Assembly: GCF_018977255.1 (NCBI RefSeq)
Contig: NW_024704769.1
Span: 2,976,001-3,040,000 of the forward strand
Reading direction: 5' to 3'
DNA from: Callorhinchus milii
Lineage: Eukaryota
Length of the DNA stretch: 64,000 nucleotides
Position numbers and translations under genes: made by a program. Positions 11,885-24,318 of this stretch are shown here, one piece after another. Below the pieces are notes generated by a model, which made no database searches, was not told the DNA's origin, and saw nothing but the letters and a program-made list of their open reading frames with translations. The first letter of the stretch is position 1, and each line of letters begins with the position of its first letter.

Positions 11885-14126
11885 TTAACTGTATCTGTTG
11901 TCTGCTCCCTCGTCGGAGAAAGTGTAAGGGAAGCTTCTGCCGGGCAATGCAAAGGAGAGACTCTGAGGTGAGTAGGCAGATCTGAACAGTGGAGAGGTTT
12001 GAGTGGGCAAGTACTCGCCTATGTATCCACCAGTGTGGGTGTGGATGATACGAGTTTCTTCTCCCTCCAGTAGTTTCCTATAAGAAAAGAAAGCCAAGGC
12101 ATTGCAGTTATTCGCACTGGACGGTACAATTCAGAGAGACTTGAAATCAATTTAGGGTAAACTTACTCAATAATCATCCTTGCATTTGATATAGCACCTT
12201 ATCATGGACTATGTTGTAAAGGGGAGTGACTGTATTTGTGGGCAAAACGCGGCAGCCATACGCGTACAGCGGTGTACCACAAACAGTCATGGATCGAGTC
12301 CTAAAACCGAATAACTCGCCATCGAGAGTGCTGTCTGGCCAAGCTTTCCCGCTGCTTGTCCAGCTAGGACCACCCAACCGTTAGGGCTTTGGCTTGTAGG
12401 GTTAACAGGAGCTGAGTGGGAGGATTCCTTGCCCCCAGTGACTGGTGTGGAGCTGGGCTGTGCCATGGAGCACTGCAGACCCAGCGTTCTGCAGCTATTT
12501 ACCTGTAGGCTGCGATCTCGATGTCCAAAGCCATCTTCACATTCAGAAGATCCTGATACTCTTTCAGGTAATGCCCCATCTCATTCTTGGTGGAGCTTAA
12601 TTCATTTTCTAGGTCGTTGATTACGTCCTAATTTTGGAAAGAAAATAAAAGGTTTGAAATATTGTGTGCAGTCTGCCATCTCCCTCTGTTCTTATCGAGG
12701 ATCCTTTGCATGCTTTTTCATTTTTTTTAATAACAATAATCCTGGCATTTGATACAGCGCCTTTCACGTCATTGAGACGTCTCAAAGCGCTTCCCAGAAT
12801 ATACTGTAAAGTGGATTGGCTGCGTATTTTATGGGCGAAACGTGGCAGCCAATTGCACGCAGCAGCGTCCCCACAAACAGTCGTGGATTGAGTGACCAAA
12901 CCATTATTTATTTTGACTAACGAGCAAAGCGAACTTATGGTTATATCCCCTTTATTCTCCTTTGTATTTGACCTCCCTTTCTCAACAGATGAGAAATGCT
13001 TTTCTTGATTCCGCCCTCCGCTCTCCTTTATTACGTTCCTCCCATCTTCCTACCCCATCACCGCTCCCCTCCCGAGTTCACTCACCTGCAACGAGTTTAC
13101 GTCCATGCCTTGCTTCTGCTCCAGCTCCTGAAGCTGGCGTTCCAAAGACTCGTTCAACCCCTTCACCGCCTCGATCTCTAAAGTCTTTGACTGCACATGG
13201 CGCCGGATCTCAGACATCTCATCTCGAGCTTGCTTCATCGACTCTTGTTCCTTGGAAGCGCTCTCCACCATTACGTTGAACCTATTCTTGTACCACTCTT
13301 CGGCCGACTCCAAGTTCTTGGTAGCCACCTTCTCGTACTGGACCTTGATGTCCCTCAAGGAAGAGGACAGGTCTGGCACAGCCATGTCCACCTCGACGGA
13401 CACTTGGGCACTGTGGATCTGAGCTTGCATCTCCCCCATCTCCTGATCGTGCAGCTTCTTCAGAAAGGCGATCTCCTCCACCAAGCCATCAATCTTCCTC
13501 TCCATCGCACTCCTGCCCAAGACAGCCTCGTCAGCGCTCTTCCTGGCTTCCACCAACCTGCCATCGGCGTCCTCCCGGTTGAGGACCTCATCCTCGAAGC
13601 GAGTCTGCATCTTCTTCAGGACGTCGTCCAGGTGATCCCTCTGCAGTTGGGCGTTCTGCCTCTCGTTCTTGGCGTCCTCCAGAGCCAGACGGAGATCTCG
13701 GAGCTCCTGGTCGTAAATGGCCTTGAGGTGGGAGGGCTCCCCGTGTTTCTGCCTCAGGATGGACAGCTCGGCTTCCAGCACCTTGTTCTGCTGCTCCAGC
13801 TCATGGACCTTCTCGATGAAGCTAGCGAACCTGTCGTTCAGCTCCTGCAGCTGGGCTTTCTCCTGGGTGCGGACCGTACGGAACTCGCTGCTCACGGCGC
13901 TCGCCTGGCTCAGATCAAAGGTGTCCAGGGCTGAGATCATGGATGGAGAAGCATGCCCTTTCCTCCCCGAGAAAGACTGGACTGAGTAGGTCGACCTGAT
14001 GGGCTTGATGCTGCTTCCAATGGAGCTCCTGGAGTGCTGGATACCTCCGTAAACCCTGGACACAGGGCTGTCCCCATAGCGTTTCCTCTGAGAGTGGAAA
14101 TAGGAGTCGTAGCTTGCGGTACTCAT
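11885..14126 (-). CDS. NEFL: Neurofilament light chain-like, about 452 aa, short non-acidic tail
   Basis: Exons 14126-13086, 12627-12503, 12077-11885. Coil 1a [36 protein letters not shown], rod end [32 protein letters not shown], type IV intermediate-filament intron positions. The 3' end may alternatively splice to an acceptor at 11400. Confidence 0.88.
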
Positions 14127-14194
14127 GATTGCTTCTGCTCGCTCCCTGCCTCCTCCTTGTCTGCCTGTGCTCAATGCCTGCCTTTGCAATGGCC

Positions 14195-14201
14195 TTTTAT
14201 A
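14195..14201 (-). promoter_or_regulatory. TATA box of NEFL
   Basis: TATAAAA on the minus strand about 70 nt upstream of the ATG at 14126; CRE-like TGACG near 14228. Confidence 0.75.
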
Positions 14202-16751
14202 GCCGCCGCCGAGGCTGTAGAGAAATCTGACGCAGCCACTTAATTGTCAGGGTGAATCAATAAGACTAACTGTGCAGAGCGCGAGGGGGTGGGGTTGGGG
14301 AAAGACTGCAATATGAGTAAGCATTCTTGAGAAAATGTGAAGACAGGGAGAGGGGGAAGAGCTTGAAAATAAAATTACAATTAAAAGATCTTAGCAATAA
14401 AACGCAAGCCCGATTTGATCATTTAAATCGCAATTATTCCGTTCATCAATCATGATCATTCTACCTTTTTATTTCATTTCTTTTTCCCCCGGTCCATTTT
14501 TTTTCCCCTCCCTCACTGCAAGTCACACCCAACCGAGCTGCATTGTATGTATTGGGCGTTTCCTGAAACCTTAGACACTGCAGTGTTTAACTCTTAGTTA
14601 CCTTTTCAAGGGCAGGGTTTCTGATTATTTTATATACATTTTGTACGTAATATAGTATATATATATCAGACATAATATAGACTATTATGCACTATTATGA
14701 AATATTGTGCATTTCGCCCACAAAATATACAGTCAATTCACTTTACAGTATATTTTGTGAAGAGCTTTGAGACGTGTCAAAGATGTGATAAGGCACTATA
14801 TCAAATGCAAGGATTATTTTGAGACGTCTCGACCGGCTCCGGCCTCCTGCGCATCCCTCGTTCCCTCCACTATACCGTCGGCTGCCGCGCTTTCAGCCGC
14901 TACGCCCCGAAACTTTGGAACGCTCTCCCCCAAATCCCTCTGCCTTGCCCCCCCCCTTCCCCTCTTTTAGATCCCGACCAAAGACCTTGCTCTTCAGCGC
15001 GGAGTCAGGCTCCGCCATTGTCGAGCGCTCCGAGACACTGCCCTGCATGAAAGGCGCTGTATAAACGGCGTTGTCGTTGTCTTAATGACGCGATAAGGTG
15101 CTTTATCAAACACAAGGAATATTAGCATTATTATTAATAATAAATCTTCAATTTTAAAGACCTTCCACCCACTGATGCCCAGCATTGCTCTGGTGTAAGA
15201 AGTGGCCTGTGCTATCCGCATAGAGTGGGAATAAGTCAGCGTTGAACAGTCTAGGCAGCTGCAAACGCCCTAATCTGTTGCGAGAGTGGGAATAGGAGCC
15301 ACATGTGCTGCGGCCATTTACTTGTCGGGCAGATCAATAACCCTGACTATGGAGAGGGGAGAAAATAATACAAGACTGCGATCGCAGCAGGAGTAAGCAC
15401 TGTAGGGGGGTAATCGAGGGAAGAGAGACAGCAGCAAATAGCATGGATGTGCACATGCACTGTACACAGGTGTGTCAGAATGCAGTGGTCGAGGCAGCTT
15501 TACGCGTGTAAAGTGCCTTTCACGTCGGGAGGACGTCCCGAGGCGCGGCTTTGAAGCTTCGAAACTGGCTTCACAAATAAGGTTGCGTTTAAAGAACCTG
15601 TCAAGTTCCGCCCGCGCTCAGTGGCTAAGGAAATGGAGTAAAGCTCGCCGCTTGTAAGAAACGCTTTGCAGCGTCGCTAGCGGGAGGGCCCGGGTTCGAT
15701 TCCTGCAAGGAATCTCTTCTGCAAGGAGGGGTTCAAGTGCTGCTTTTATTAAGAAGAATCTCTTTTATTCCGGCAGCCCAGCTGCGGCAAGCATTACGCA
15801 CAGTGTGGATGGTATTTTCTGGGTTAAATGCTGCCACTGTCAGTAGACAGAGGCCATGCAATACAGCACTGCACCTGGAGTTGCGTCTGTGCGCCCCGGA
15901 CTAGTGAACTGAGCACAATGGGATTGCCGTACACAGCACCAGAGTGCTTTAGGATGACATAACTGCAGTGATGGGTTACCCCATCACACGCAGTCCTTAA
16001 GCAGCTGTGACTCTTCTAAGGAAAAGCATTATAGGATCAGAGAGTCCTACACAACTGAAGGAGGCCATTCGGCCCATCATGCCTGCGCTGGCCCGTTAAA
16101 GAGCTAAAAAAAAAATAATAATAATAATAAATCGGTCACTTCAATCCACGACTGTTTATGGGACACTGCTTTGCGCAATTGGCTGCCGCGTTTCGCCCAC
16201 AAAATACCCAGTGTGTCCTGCGAAGCGCTTTGAGACGTTCTCGGAGACGTGATAAGGCGCCATATCAAACGAAAGGATTATTATTATTATTATCCAACTG
16301 CTCCGACTCTCCCGCTCTTACCCCACAGCCCTGCAATTTTGTTCCCTTTCAAGGAACCTATCCAATTCCCTTTTGAAAGCTGCCGTCGAAGCTGCTGTGC
16401 ACGAGAAGAGAGTCTTAAGCCATTTCTGCACCACTTTGATCCCGTTCAGTGCTGTCTGACCTTGAATGGCAAATGTTTCGCACGGGAGACAAAGAGGCAG
16501 TGTGTGTGGGGTGGGATGGGTGGAACATCGTGAAGAGAGAGAGCTTGTCTTACAATGCATCAGTTAGTCTCTGACCTGTGTGCTGACAACAGTTGAATAG
16601 TAAGTGATTCGCAGCCTTTCACCAACCCCAACCCCCCCACCCGCCACTCACCCCCCCCCTCCTCTTTGCTCCCCGCTATTCGCTTCAAAGCCTGATGGGC
16701 TGAGGATGATCCGCGTTATTACCAGCTGAAGGCTCTACACAAGCCTCACTG

Positions 16752-19700
16752 ATGAACCAGCAGCCAGGGATGATGTACGTTGGTGAGAAAGGCTCTGGGA
16801 GGCGATCGCCTCTGGCGGTGGGTTTGATGTTCTGGATCTTCTGCCTCGGGGTCTTGGTGGAGGCTAAGAGACCACCCAAATGTCCTCTGACCTGTTCCTG
16901 CACTAAAGACAGCGCCTTCTGTGTTGGTTCCAAGGCAATTCCACGGACCTTCCCGATGGACGTTATCTCTCTGTAAGTAAAGCTTCTTCGAGACGTCTCA
17001 AAATCGCTTCACACAATATACTGTAAAGTGTAGCGACTGTGTATTGTGTGGGCGAAACGCGGCAGCCAATTGCGCACGGCAGCGTCCCCCGCAAACAGTC
17101 GTGGATTGAGTGACCAAATTATGTTTTTTCTTACATTATGTTTTAACGATGGGATTATTACCCCAGAAAGCAATCCGCCAATCTAACAACTGGGTTCCTA
17201 CTGACTGATAGGTCAGTGTGGAGTAAGGAAATTTGCCTAACATGTTGACCCGCCCTTCGCTCTCTCTGTATATGTGATGTATTATCAGGCCGTGTGTGGC
17301 CGCTCACACGCACACACACGCGCACACACGCGCACAGTTGACTCCAACCCCCCTAACATTTGGTTTAGCATCTCAACTGAAAGACAGCATCTCTGACAAC
17401 GCAGCATTCTTCCCATCACCGCACTGGATAATGAGCTCAAGCCCCAACGTGGGGCTCGAACCCACAACCTCCCGAGTCAGAGGTGAGAGAGAGCTACCGA
17501 CTGACCCCAATTATATTTTGGCTCTACTGTTCCTTTGCAAATTGCAACTTATAAATTCGTACTTCTCCTTGTATTTTAATCGTAATAATAATAATAATTG
17601 CATTTGATTTCATGTTGTTGAAACATCTCAAAGCGCTTCACAGGATACACTGTAAAGTGTTTTGTCGGTGAAACGCGGCAGCCTGTTTTTACAGGCAGGT
17701 GGGACTTTGGTTTAACATCTCATCTGAAGGACCTTTTGGCTGGTCAACCAGTGTTTAACAGTATTTTTGGCTGAGAATATAACTCGGAGGGGAAACAGTT
17801 ATTGGTCTTGAAGATTGGAGAGACGAAAAGGCAGCAAAGCCTCGCGCACATCAGACAATGCACAAAGCCTCTCCACAAAAGAAGTCTGTGCGTTTTGACG
17901 TGTGCGTCGAGGGGAAAGGACAGGAGCGGGTGTGTGTGTGGTGCGGTGGTGGGGGGTGGGAGGAAGAGTAACACAAACACAGCCACTACAATCGCAATCA
18001 AGTCCATGTCTCCTTGTTAGAAGCCAACGTACATCAGGGTCTAAACCGCCACACTCAACTCACAGAAATGGGTTGCAATTTACAACAACAACTGACATTT
18101 ACGCGGTGCCCTTTCACGTCAGGAGGACGTCCCGAGGCGCTGGACAGTCAGGGAGTTGGACCTAAGTTGTGGGGTTGGGATCAGGGAGGGGGTGGAGGGC
18201 GGGGAGGGTGAGGGTTAGGAAGGTGACCGAAGCTGCGGTTGTTGTTATGCGGAGAATCAATCTTTTTCGGAGTCATTCCGCCCACAAAACACACAGTCAA
18301 TTCCCTGTACAGTATGTTTTGTGAAGCACTTGGCGACATCTCAAAAATGTGATAATCAAATGCGAGGATTATTATTATTACTACGACGATTATTATTCAC
18401 GGTGTCTTTCTGTCTTTGCAGGACATTTGTGAGTGCCAAATTCACTCAGATCCCAGCGGGGGCCTTTTCCCACTTGCCGACCTTGCAGTTCCTGTAAGTA
18501 TAAATAAATGATGAACCGCACACTTGATATTGGGCCTGCATCGCAGCATCTCAAAGCGCTTGGTGCATTAGGTAGCATTGGAGGGCTGCTGTCATCGTAA
18601 ATGAACGCGTCAGCGAGTCTGTTTCAGCCGCACGTAGCTGTGAGATAAAAGACTGCTTGATTCTTTTTTTCCTCATTGGTGGATTTCACACACTCGTTAG
18701 AATCCTACAGCACAGAAGGAGGCCATTCGGCCCGTCGTTGAGACGTCTCAAAACACTGTACGGGATACGCTGTAAAGTGAATTGACCGTATATTTTGTGG
18801 GCGAAACATGGCGGCCAATCGCGCACAGCAGTGTCCCCGCAAACAGTCGTGGGTTGAGTGACCAAATTATTTAATTAATTAATTTATTTATTTGAAGGGG
18901 TTATTACCCCGGAAAGTGATCGGCTAATGGACTAACACCCGGGTTTCCTACTTACTGTTGGGTAAACAGAGGCGTGTGGGTGTGTGTGTGTGTGGAGTAA
19001 GGAAACTTGACTGAGATCGGACCTGCCCGGGAATCGAACCCGGGTCCTCTCGCTTGCGAGGCGAGTGCTCTAACCACTACGCTACGCGCTTTGTTTGACA
19101 ACAGTGCGATTGGGTCACTAAGTGAAGAATCCACAGGGTATATGGGTGAACCAAAAGGATGGGCGTAAGCGTTAATACGTGTTACCTTGTGTCCCAACAG
19201 ATTGCTGAACTCAAACCAGTTCACTTATATCAAGGATAATGCATTCTCTGGTTTATCACACCTGCAGTATCTGTAAGTTTGGACAACTCTGATACCTTCT
19301 CTAAGGGGTTTCCTCATCACAGTTACTCGTGTTGCGACAGCAGACATCTTTTCTTATCTTTCTTCACAGCTTCATAGAAAACAACGAGATCCAGTCACTC
19401 TCCAAAGACACCTTCCAGGGTCTCAGAGCACTGACCCATCTGTGAGTACTAATTATATAGTATAATTATATAGTAATTATATAGTAGTCGAACAACAAAT
19501 GACATTTAAGCGGCGCCTTTCACGTCGGGAGGACGTCCGAAGACAGTCAGGGGTTTGGACCCGAGCAGAGGGTTGGGATCAAGAGGGGTGGAAGGTAGGG
19601 AGGTGAGGGGGTAGGAGGGTGGGTGAAAGCGTGGTCGAAAAGGAAGGTCTTGAGATGGGCCTTGAAGAAGGCAAGGGAAGGGGGCGAGATGAAGGGACTG

Positions 19701-22260
19701 CGGAATGGAGTTCCAAAGGTTAGAGACAGATTATTATTATTATCATTAACCTTTCGTCTCGTTTATCCCCTCAGATCTCTGGAGAACAATAAGCTTCAGG
19801 CACTTCCAAGAGGCATTTTCAAGGACCTCAGAATTCTGACAGACTTGTGAGAGACTTGTTCATTGTTTTGCGATTGATGCTTTGAGGAGACTAACACGCA
19901 GGCAAATTCAAAGTAAGAGGCAGAGTTATCTTAATTGGCGGCGATCTGCTTTAAAATCTAATTGTAGAAAATTCTTCAGTTCGGCTTGGGTTAGGGAGAG
20001 TGATTAGATGGTGCCTGGTAGAGAATATTTAGATATTACCAATGTTTAGGTGATGTTAATACAATGTCAACACAGAGCTAAACAGTGGTTAAGTGCAGTG
20101 CCATAATAGCATTGAAATAATATTAACAATACAGCGTCTTATCACGTCGTTGCGATGCCTCAAAGCGCTTCACAGAATATATCGTAAAGTGTAGTGTACA
20201 AGAAACAGACAAAATTATGTTTGTATAGCGCCTTTCGTGTCGGGAGGACATCCCAAGGCGCTGGACAGTCAGTGTTTCGGACCCGAGCTGGGGGTCGGGA
20301 GGGTGGAAGGCAAAGGGGGGAAAGGAGGGTGACCGAAAGCACAGTCGAAGAGGAGGGTCTTGAGACGGGTCTTGATTGAGGCAAAGGTGAGGCCGATGTT
20401 GAGGGACAGCGGTATGGAGTTCCAGAGGGTGGGTGCAACCTTGCATTCTGGTACACAACCCAATGTGGTGTTGTTCCTCCTTAACCCTTTTCGAAGAGAT
20501 CTTCGGGGCAACGCCTTCCACTGCGACTGTAAAGTGAAATGGCTGATTGAATGGCTGAGGACCACCAACGCCAGCATTGCCCCCGTGCAGTGTGCCAGTC
20601 CGGCCAAGTACCAGGGCCACAAAGTCTCCCAGCTGCCCATCAAGGACTTTGCCTGCATAACCACAGGTCAGCCTGGCACCGTCTCAAATGACGCACATAA
20701 TAATATTAATAATAATCCTTGCTTCTCCCCAGCACTATACGCGAGCATCAGCCTAAACTATGAGCTCAAAGTCCTGACGTGGGGGCTTTAACCCACAACT
20801 CCACCCCTCCTGACCCCAACTCCCAGCTCGGGTCCAAAAAAAACCCCGATTGCCCAGGGCTCTTGAATGCCTTTCCGACGTGAAGGGCGCTAGACAAGTA
20901 TAAGTTGTTCCTTTCGTTGTTGCTACGGACTGAGCGGGTGAGATTTTAATGCTTTCCCCTCGTCGTTTCTCTTTTCAGAGTTCATTCTGTATCAGACACT
21001 TCCTTTCCAGTCCATTTCAGTGGAGCCCTTTGGATTCGCTGATGACCTCTATGTTACCTTCGCACAGACTAACGGGGGGAACTGCACCTTCCTCAAATGG
21101 GATCACATCGAGATGGTCTTCAAGAGGTCTGAGAACATCTCTGGTGAGCCTTTCAACTGCTCTGGGACACTACCCTGCAAGTTGCAAGATTCCCTCTGGA
21201 TCTCCATCCCCAAGTCCCTCCGCCTCACCCCACCCCCTCCTACCCCCCTCCCTTTCCTCCTTCAAGACTCGTCTCAAGATTTTTCTCTTTGATGGTGCTA
21301 TAGGCCACCCTTGACTGCAACCACCAGCTCGGGCGCAAACTCTTAACCGTCCAGCGCCTTGGGTTGTCCTTCCGATGTGAAAGGCGCTGTGAAAAGTAAT
21401 TTGTTGTTGTTGTCTCTCTCTCTCTCACTCTGTTTCTCGCAGCTCGTGCTGCTGTCTATTGCAAGCCCTTGGTGATCGACGGGCAGCTCTTTGTGATCGT
21501 AGCTCAGCTGTTCGGTGGCTCCCATGTATACAGGTGGGACGACTTTGGCGGCAAGTTCATCAGGATCCAGGACATCGACGCCACCAAAACACGCAAGCCC
21601 AACGACATCGAGACCTTTCAGATTGAGGGCGAGTGGTATTTTGTCATCGCGGACAGCTCGAAGGCGGGGGCGACCACCATCTACAAGTGGAACACGAACG
21701 GCTTCTACTCCCATCAGTCGCTGCACGTGTGGCACAGAGACACGGACGTGGAGTTCGTGCAGCTGGACGGCAAACCCAAGCTGATCGTCTCCAGCAGCAC
21801 TCAGACGCCCGTCGTATACCAGTGGAACTGGGCGCGGAAGCAGTTCGTCTACCAGATGGAGATCCCCGGCATGTTGAATGTTCATGCGGTGAAGCACTTC
21901 AGGATTAAGAGGGACATGTACCTCTGCCTGACCCAATTCATCGGCGACTCCAAGGTGGTGAAGTGGGAGAATCACAAGGTGACCACAAACCAGGTTCTCC
22001 CATCTCGAGGCACTATGATCGCCCAACCTCTGCAGATCATACAGTGGCACTATCTGGTTCTAGGCAGCGACTTCTCGCTGTCTACCATTTACCTGTGGGA
22101 CGCGGGCGAGATGAAGTTCGCCAGGTTCCAGGACTGGAATCTGCGTGCTCCGCGCTCCTTCAAGCTTGTGTCCATCGACAACTTTGACCTGGTTCTGGCT
22201 TCCAGCTTTAAAGGGAACACCGTGATCTACAAGCATAATATCGTGGATCTGAGCGCTTAA
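16752..22260 (+). CDS. LGI3: Leucine-rich repeat LGI family member 3, about 553 aa
   Basis: Exons 16752-16972, 18422-18493, 19201-19272, 19370-19441, 19775-19846, 20497-20666, 20979-21143, 21443-22260. Signal peptide plus [13 protein letters not shown], four 72-nt LRR exons, LRRCT (CDCKVKWL), EPTP repeats, C-terminus VDLSA. The start could be a slightly downstream Met. Confidence 0.93.
18735..19085 (-). mobile_element. tRNA-derived Deu-like SINE
   Basis: Same head, body and tail as the other copies. Confidence 0.8.
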
Positions 22261-22379
22261 TGTGTTCGATTCCCGGGCGGGGTGAAGCGTTAGGCAAGTC
22301 TGCTTAACATTGTGACTGGCACACACACACAAAGCCTCGCTTAAAAGGAACAGTCCACTGCACCATTATTACTACTACT

Positions 22380-22776
22380 AATAATAATCTTTGCATTTGA
22401 ACAAAGCGCCTCATCAAGCCTTTGAGACATCTCAAAGCGCTTCACAGAATACACCGTAAAGTGGATCGACTCTCCGTTTTGTGGAGGAACCACTGCCGCC
22501 GATTGCCCACAACAGCGTCCCCATAAACAGTGGTGGATTGAGTGACCAAATTATTATTCTTATTTATATTTTTGTGACGGGATTATAACCCCCGATATAG
22601 CAATCCGCCAATCGACTAATAACCCGGTTGCTTACGACTAGGTAAGCCGAGGCGTGTGTGTGTGTGTGTGGAGTAAGGAAACTTGTCTAAGATTTCGCCC
22701 TGATCTGCCCGGGAATCTAAACCGGGTCCTCAAGCTTGCGAGGCGGGGGCTCTAACCACTGAGCTTCAGAGAGTCC
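22380..22776 (-). mobile_element. tRNA-derived Deu-like SINE in the LGI3 3' UTR
   Basis: Full-length antisense copy between the stop codon and AATAAA at 22841. Confidence 0.8.
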
Positions 22777-22840
22777 AAATAGCTGAGATTGACCGAGCAC
22801 GTGCTTAGTTGTGCATATGTCTGGGATTGATGAGAGCTAC

Positions 22841-22846
22841 AATAAA
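22841..22846 (+). terminator. Putative LGI3 polyadenylation signal
   Basis: AATAAA followed by a T/GT-rich tract. Confidence 0.6.
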
Positions 22847-23639
22847 ACAGCCTCCGATTTCATACTTACATTTTTGTTTGTGGTTCACGCTGCGACAATC
22901 TGTGTGCGTGTGATTCTGTGCAACATCGAGCTACGACTTTGGTGCACGGAAGTAACAGCGCGTCCGGTGTGAATATTCTTCCTCGTACTGCGCTCGGTGA
23001 TTCTCGATGTCGCACCGGCCCGTTGCGGCTGGAGGAAACGTCTCAGACGCCGCGAGGCATTGAGATTGCTTAACGGTTGAAGGTGCTCACATTGCTTGAG
23101 CCGTCAGCTCACGAAGCAGAGACGGAGATCTAGATTGAATGGATCCAAATAACAATCCTTGCGCTTGATACAGCGCCTTAGCACATCGGCCAGACGTCTC
23201 GATGCCCCTCGCGGAGGATTTCACCGTGAAAGGTGACTGTGTATTTATCGGCCAACAGCAGAACGAACAACAATAATAATCCTCGCACTTGATACAGCGC
23301 CTCATCACGTCTTTGAGACGTCTCAAAGCGCTTCACCGGATACGCTGCAAAGTGAATTGACTGTATTTTGTGGGCGAATCTGTGCGCGTGTGAGCGACAG
23401 AGGGCCTTTAATGAGAAACGCGCTGATGCTCGTTGTGGACGGCACAATTGGCTGCCGCGATTCGCCCGCACAATGCACAGTCACTACGCTTTGCGGTGCA
23501 TTCTTTGGGACCTCTTAAGGACGCGATAAGGCGCTGTATCAAGTGCAAGGATTGTTGCGCAGTTATTGTTATAATACTGTGCAAACGATGTGTTTGCTCC
23601 GCCAGGCAGATGGGCGTCTGACACCCGGAGCCTCCAAAC

Positions 23640-24215
23640 CAGCTGTCAATCAGAAAGGCTGGCCTGGGATTGGCCCTGAGGGCTGTCAATCACTAGAGCT
23701 AGGTGGGTCCATCACTAGAAACTGGCATGTGATTGGCTCTGAGAGCTGTCAACCAGTGAAGCCTTGCCTGTGATTGGCTAGGCGAGCTGTCAATCAGTAG
23801 GGCCAGTCCTGGGATTGCCTCTGAGGGCTGTCAATCACTAGAGCCTGGGCTGGGACTGGCAAGGAGAGCTGTCAATCACACGCGTGTGGTCTACAATTGG
23901 CTAGGAGATCTGTCAATCACTGGAGCCTGGCGTGTGATTGGCTGTGATTGGGAGAGCGAGGGTGCGCGCAATAGAGGGGCGGGAGGAGGCCTCGGATTGG
24001 CTGTGAGTGCTGTCAATCGCATGGCAAACCCGGCGCGTGATTGGCTGTGAGTGACAGGCGGGAGGAGGAGGGCAGCGGTGGCGCTGTGGGGGTGGGGGGT
24101 GCGGCCGCCATGTCAGGCCTGAGGATTGGCTGCTGCGGGCCGTCAATCACGCGAGCCTGGGCTGGGATTGGCTGGGGGACCTGTCAATCGCCAGAACCTG
24201 GCCTGTGATTGGCCC
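23640..24215. promoter_or_regulatory. CHMP7 promoter: tandem array of CCAAT (GATTGG) plus TGATTGACAG (PBX/PKNOX-MEIS decamer) composite elements
   Basis: CTGTCAATCA-like motifs at 23643, 23683, 23746, 23787, 23828, 23869, 23910, 24010, 24140, 24181, most preceded 15 nt upstream by GATTGG; leads into the CpG island and Kozak ATG at 24319. Confidence 0.75.
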
Positions 24216-24318
24216 CGAGCCGAGGAGGGGGCGTGGCGGAGGGGAGAGGCGGGAGGAGGCAGCGAGGCGCCCTGGTACCCGGAGGGAGGCTGGACACGGG
24301 CCGCAGGGCCGGGCCGCC

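Noticed and set aside
13197-13934. 245-aa plus-strand ORF
   Set aside because: Antisense shadow of the codon-biased NEFL exon 1; the same applies to 21343-22050 (LGI3) and 46584-47180 (NPY8R).
14127-14189. N-terminal extension of the NEFL ORF
   Set aside because: Begins at a non-ATG codon just after the TATA box; it is 5' UTR.
20478-20496. U12-like branch site TCCTTAAC close to the LGI3 exon 6 acceptor
   Set aside because: The matching donor at 19847 is GTGAGA, a U2 type, not (G/A)TATCC, so this is not a minor intron.
23640-24215. CRISPR-like repeat-spacer appearance
   Set aside because: Vertebrate context, no cas genes, cores are only 6-10 nt and linkers are related to each other; better explained as a transcription-factor site array.
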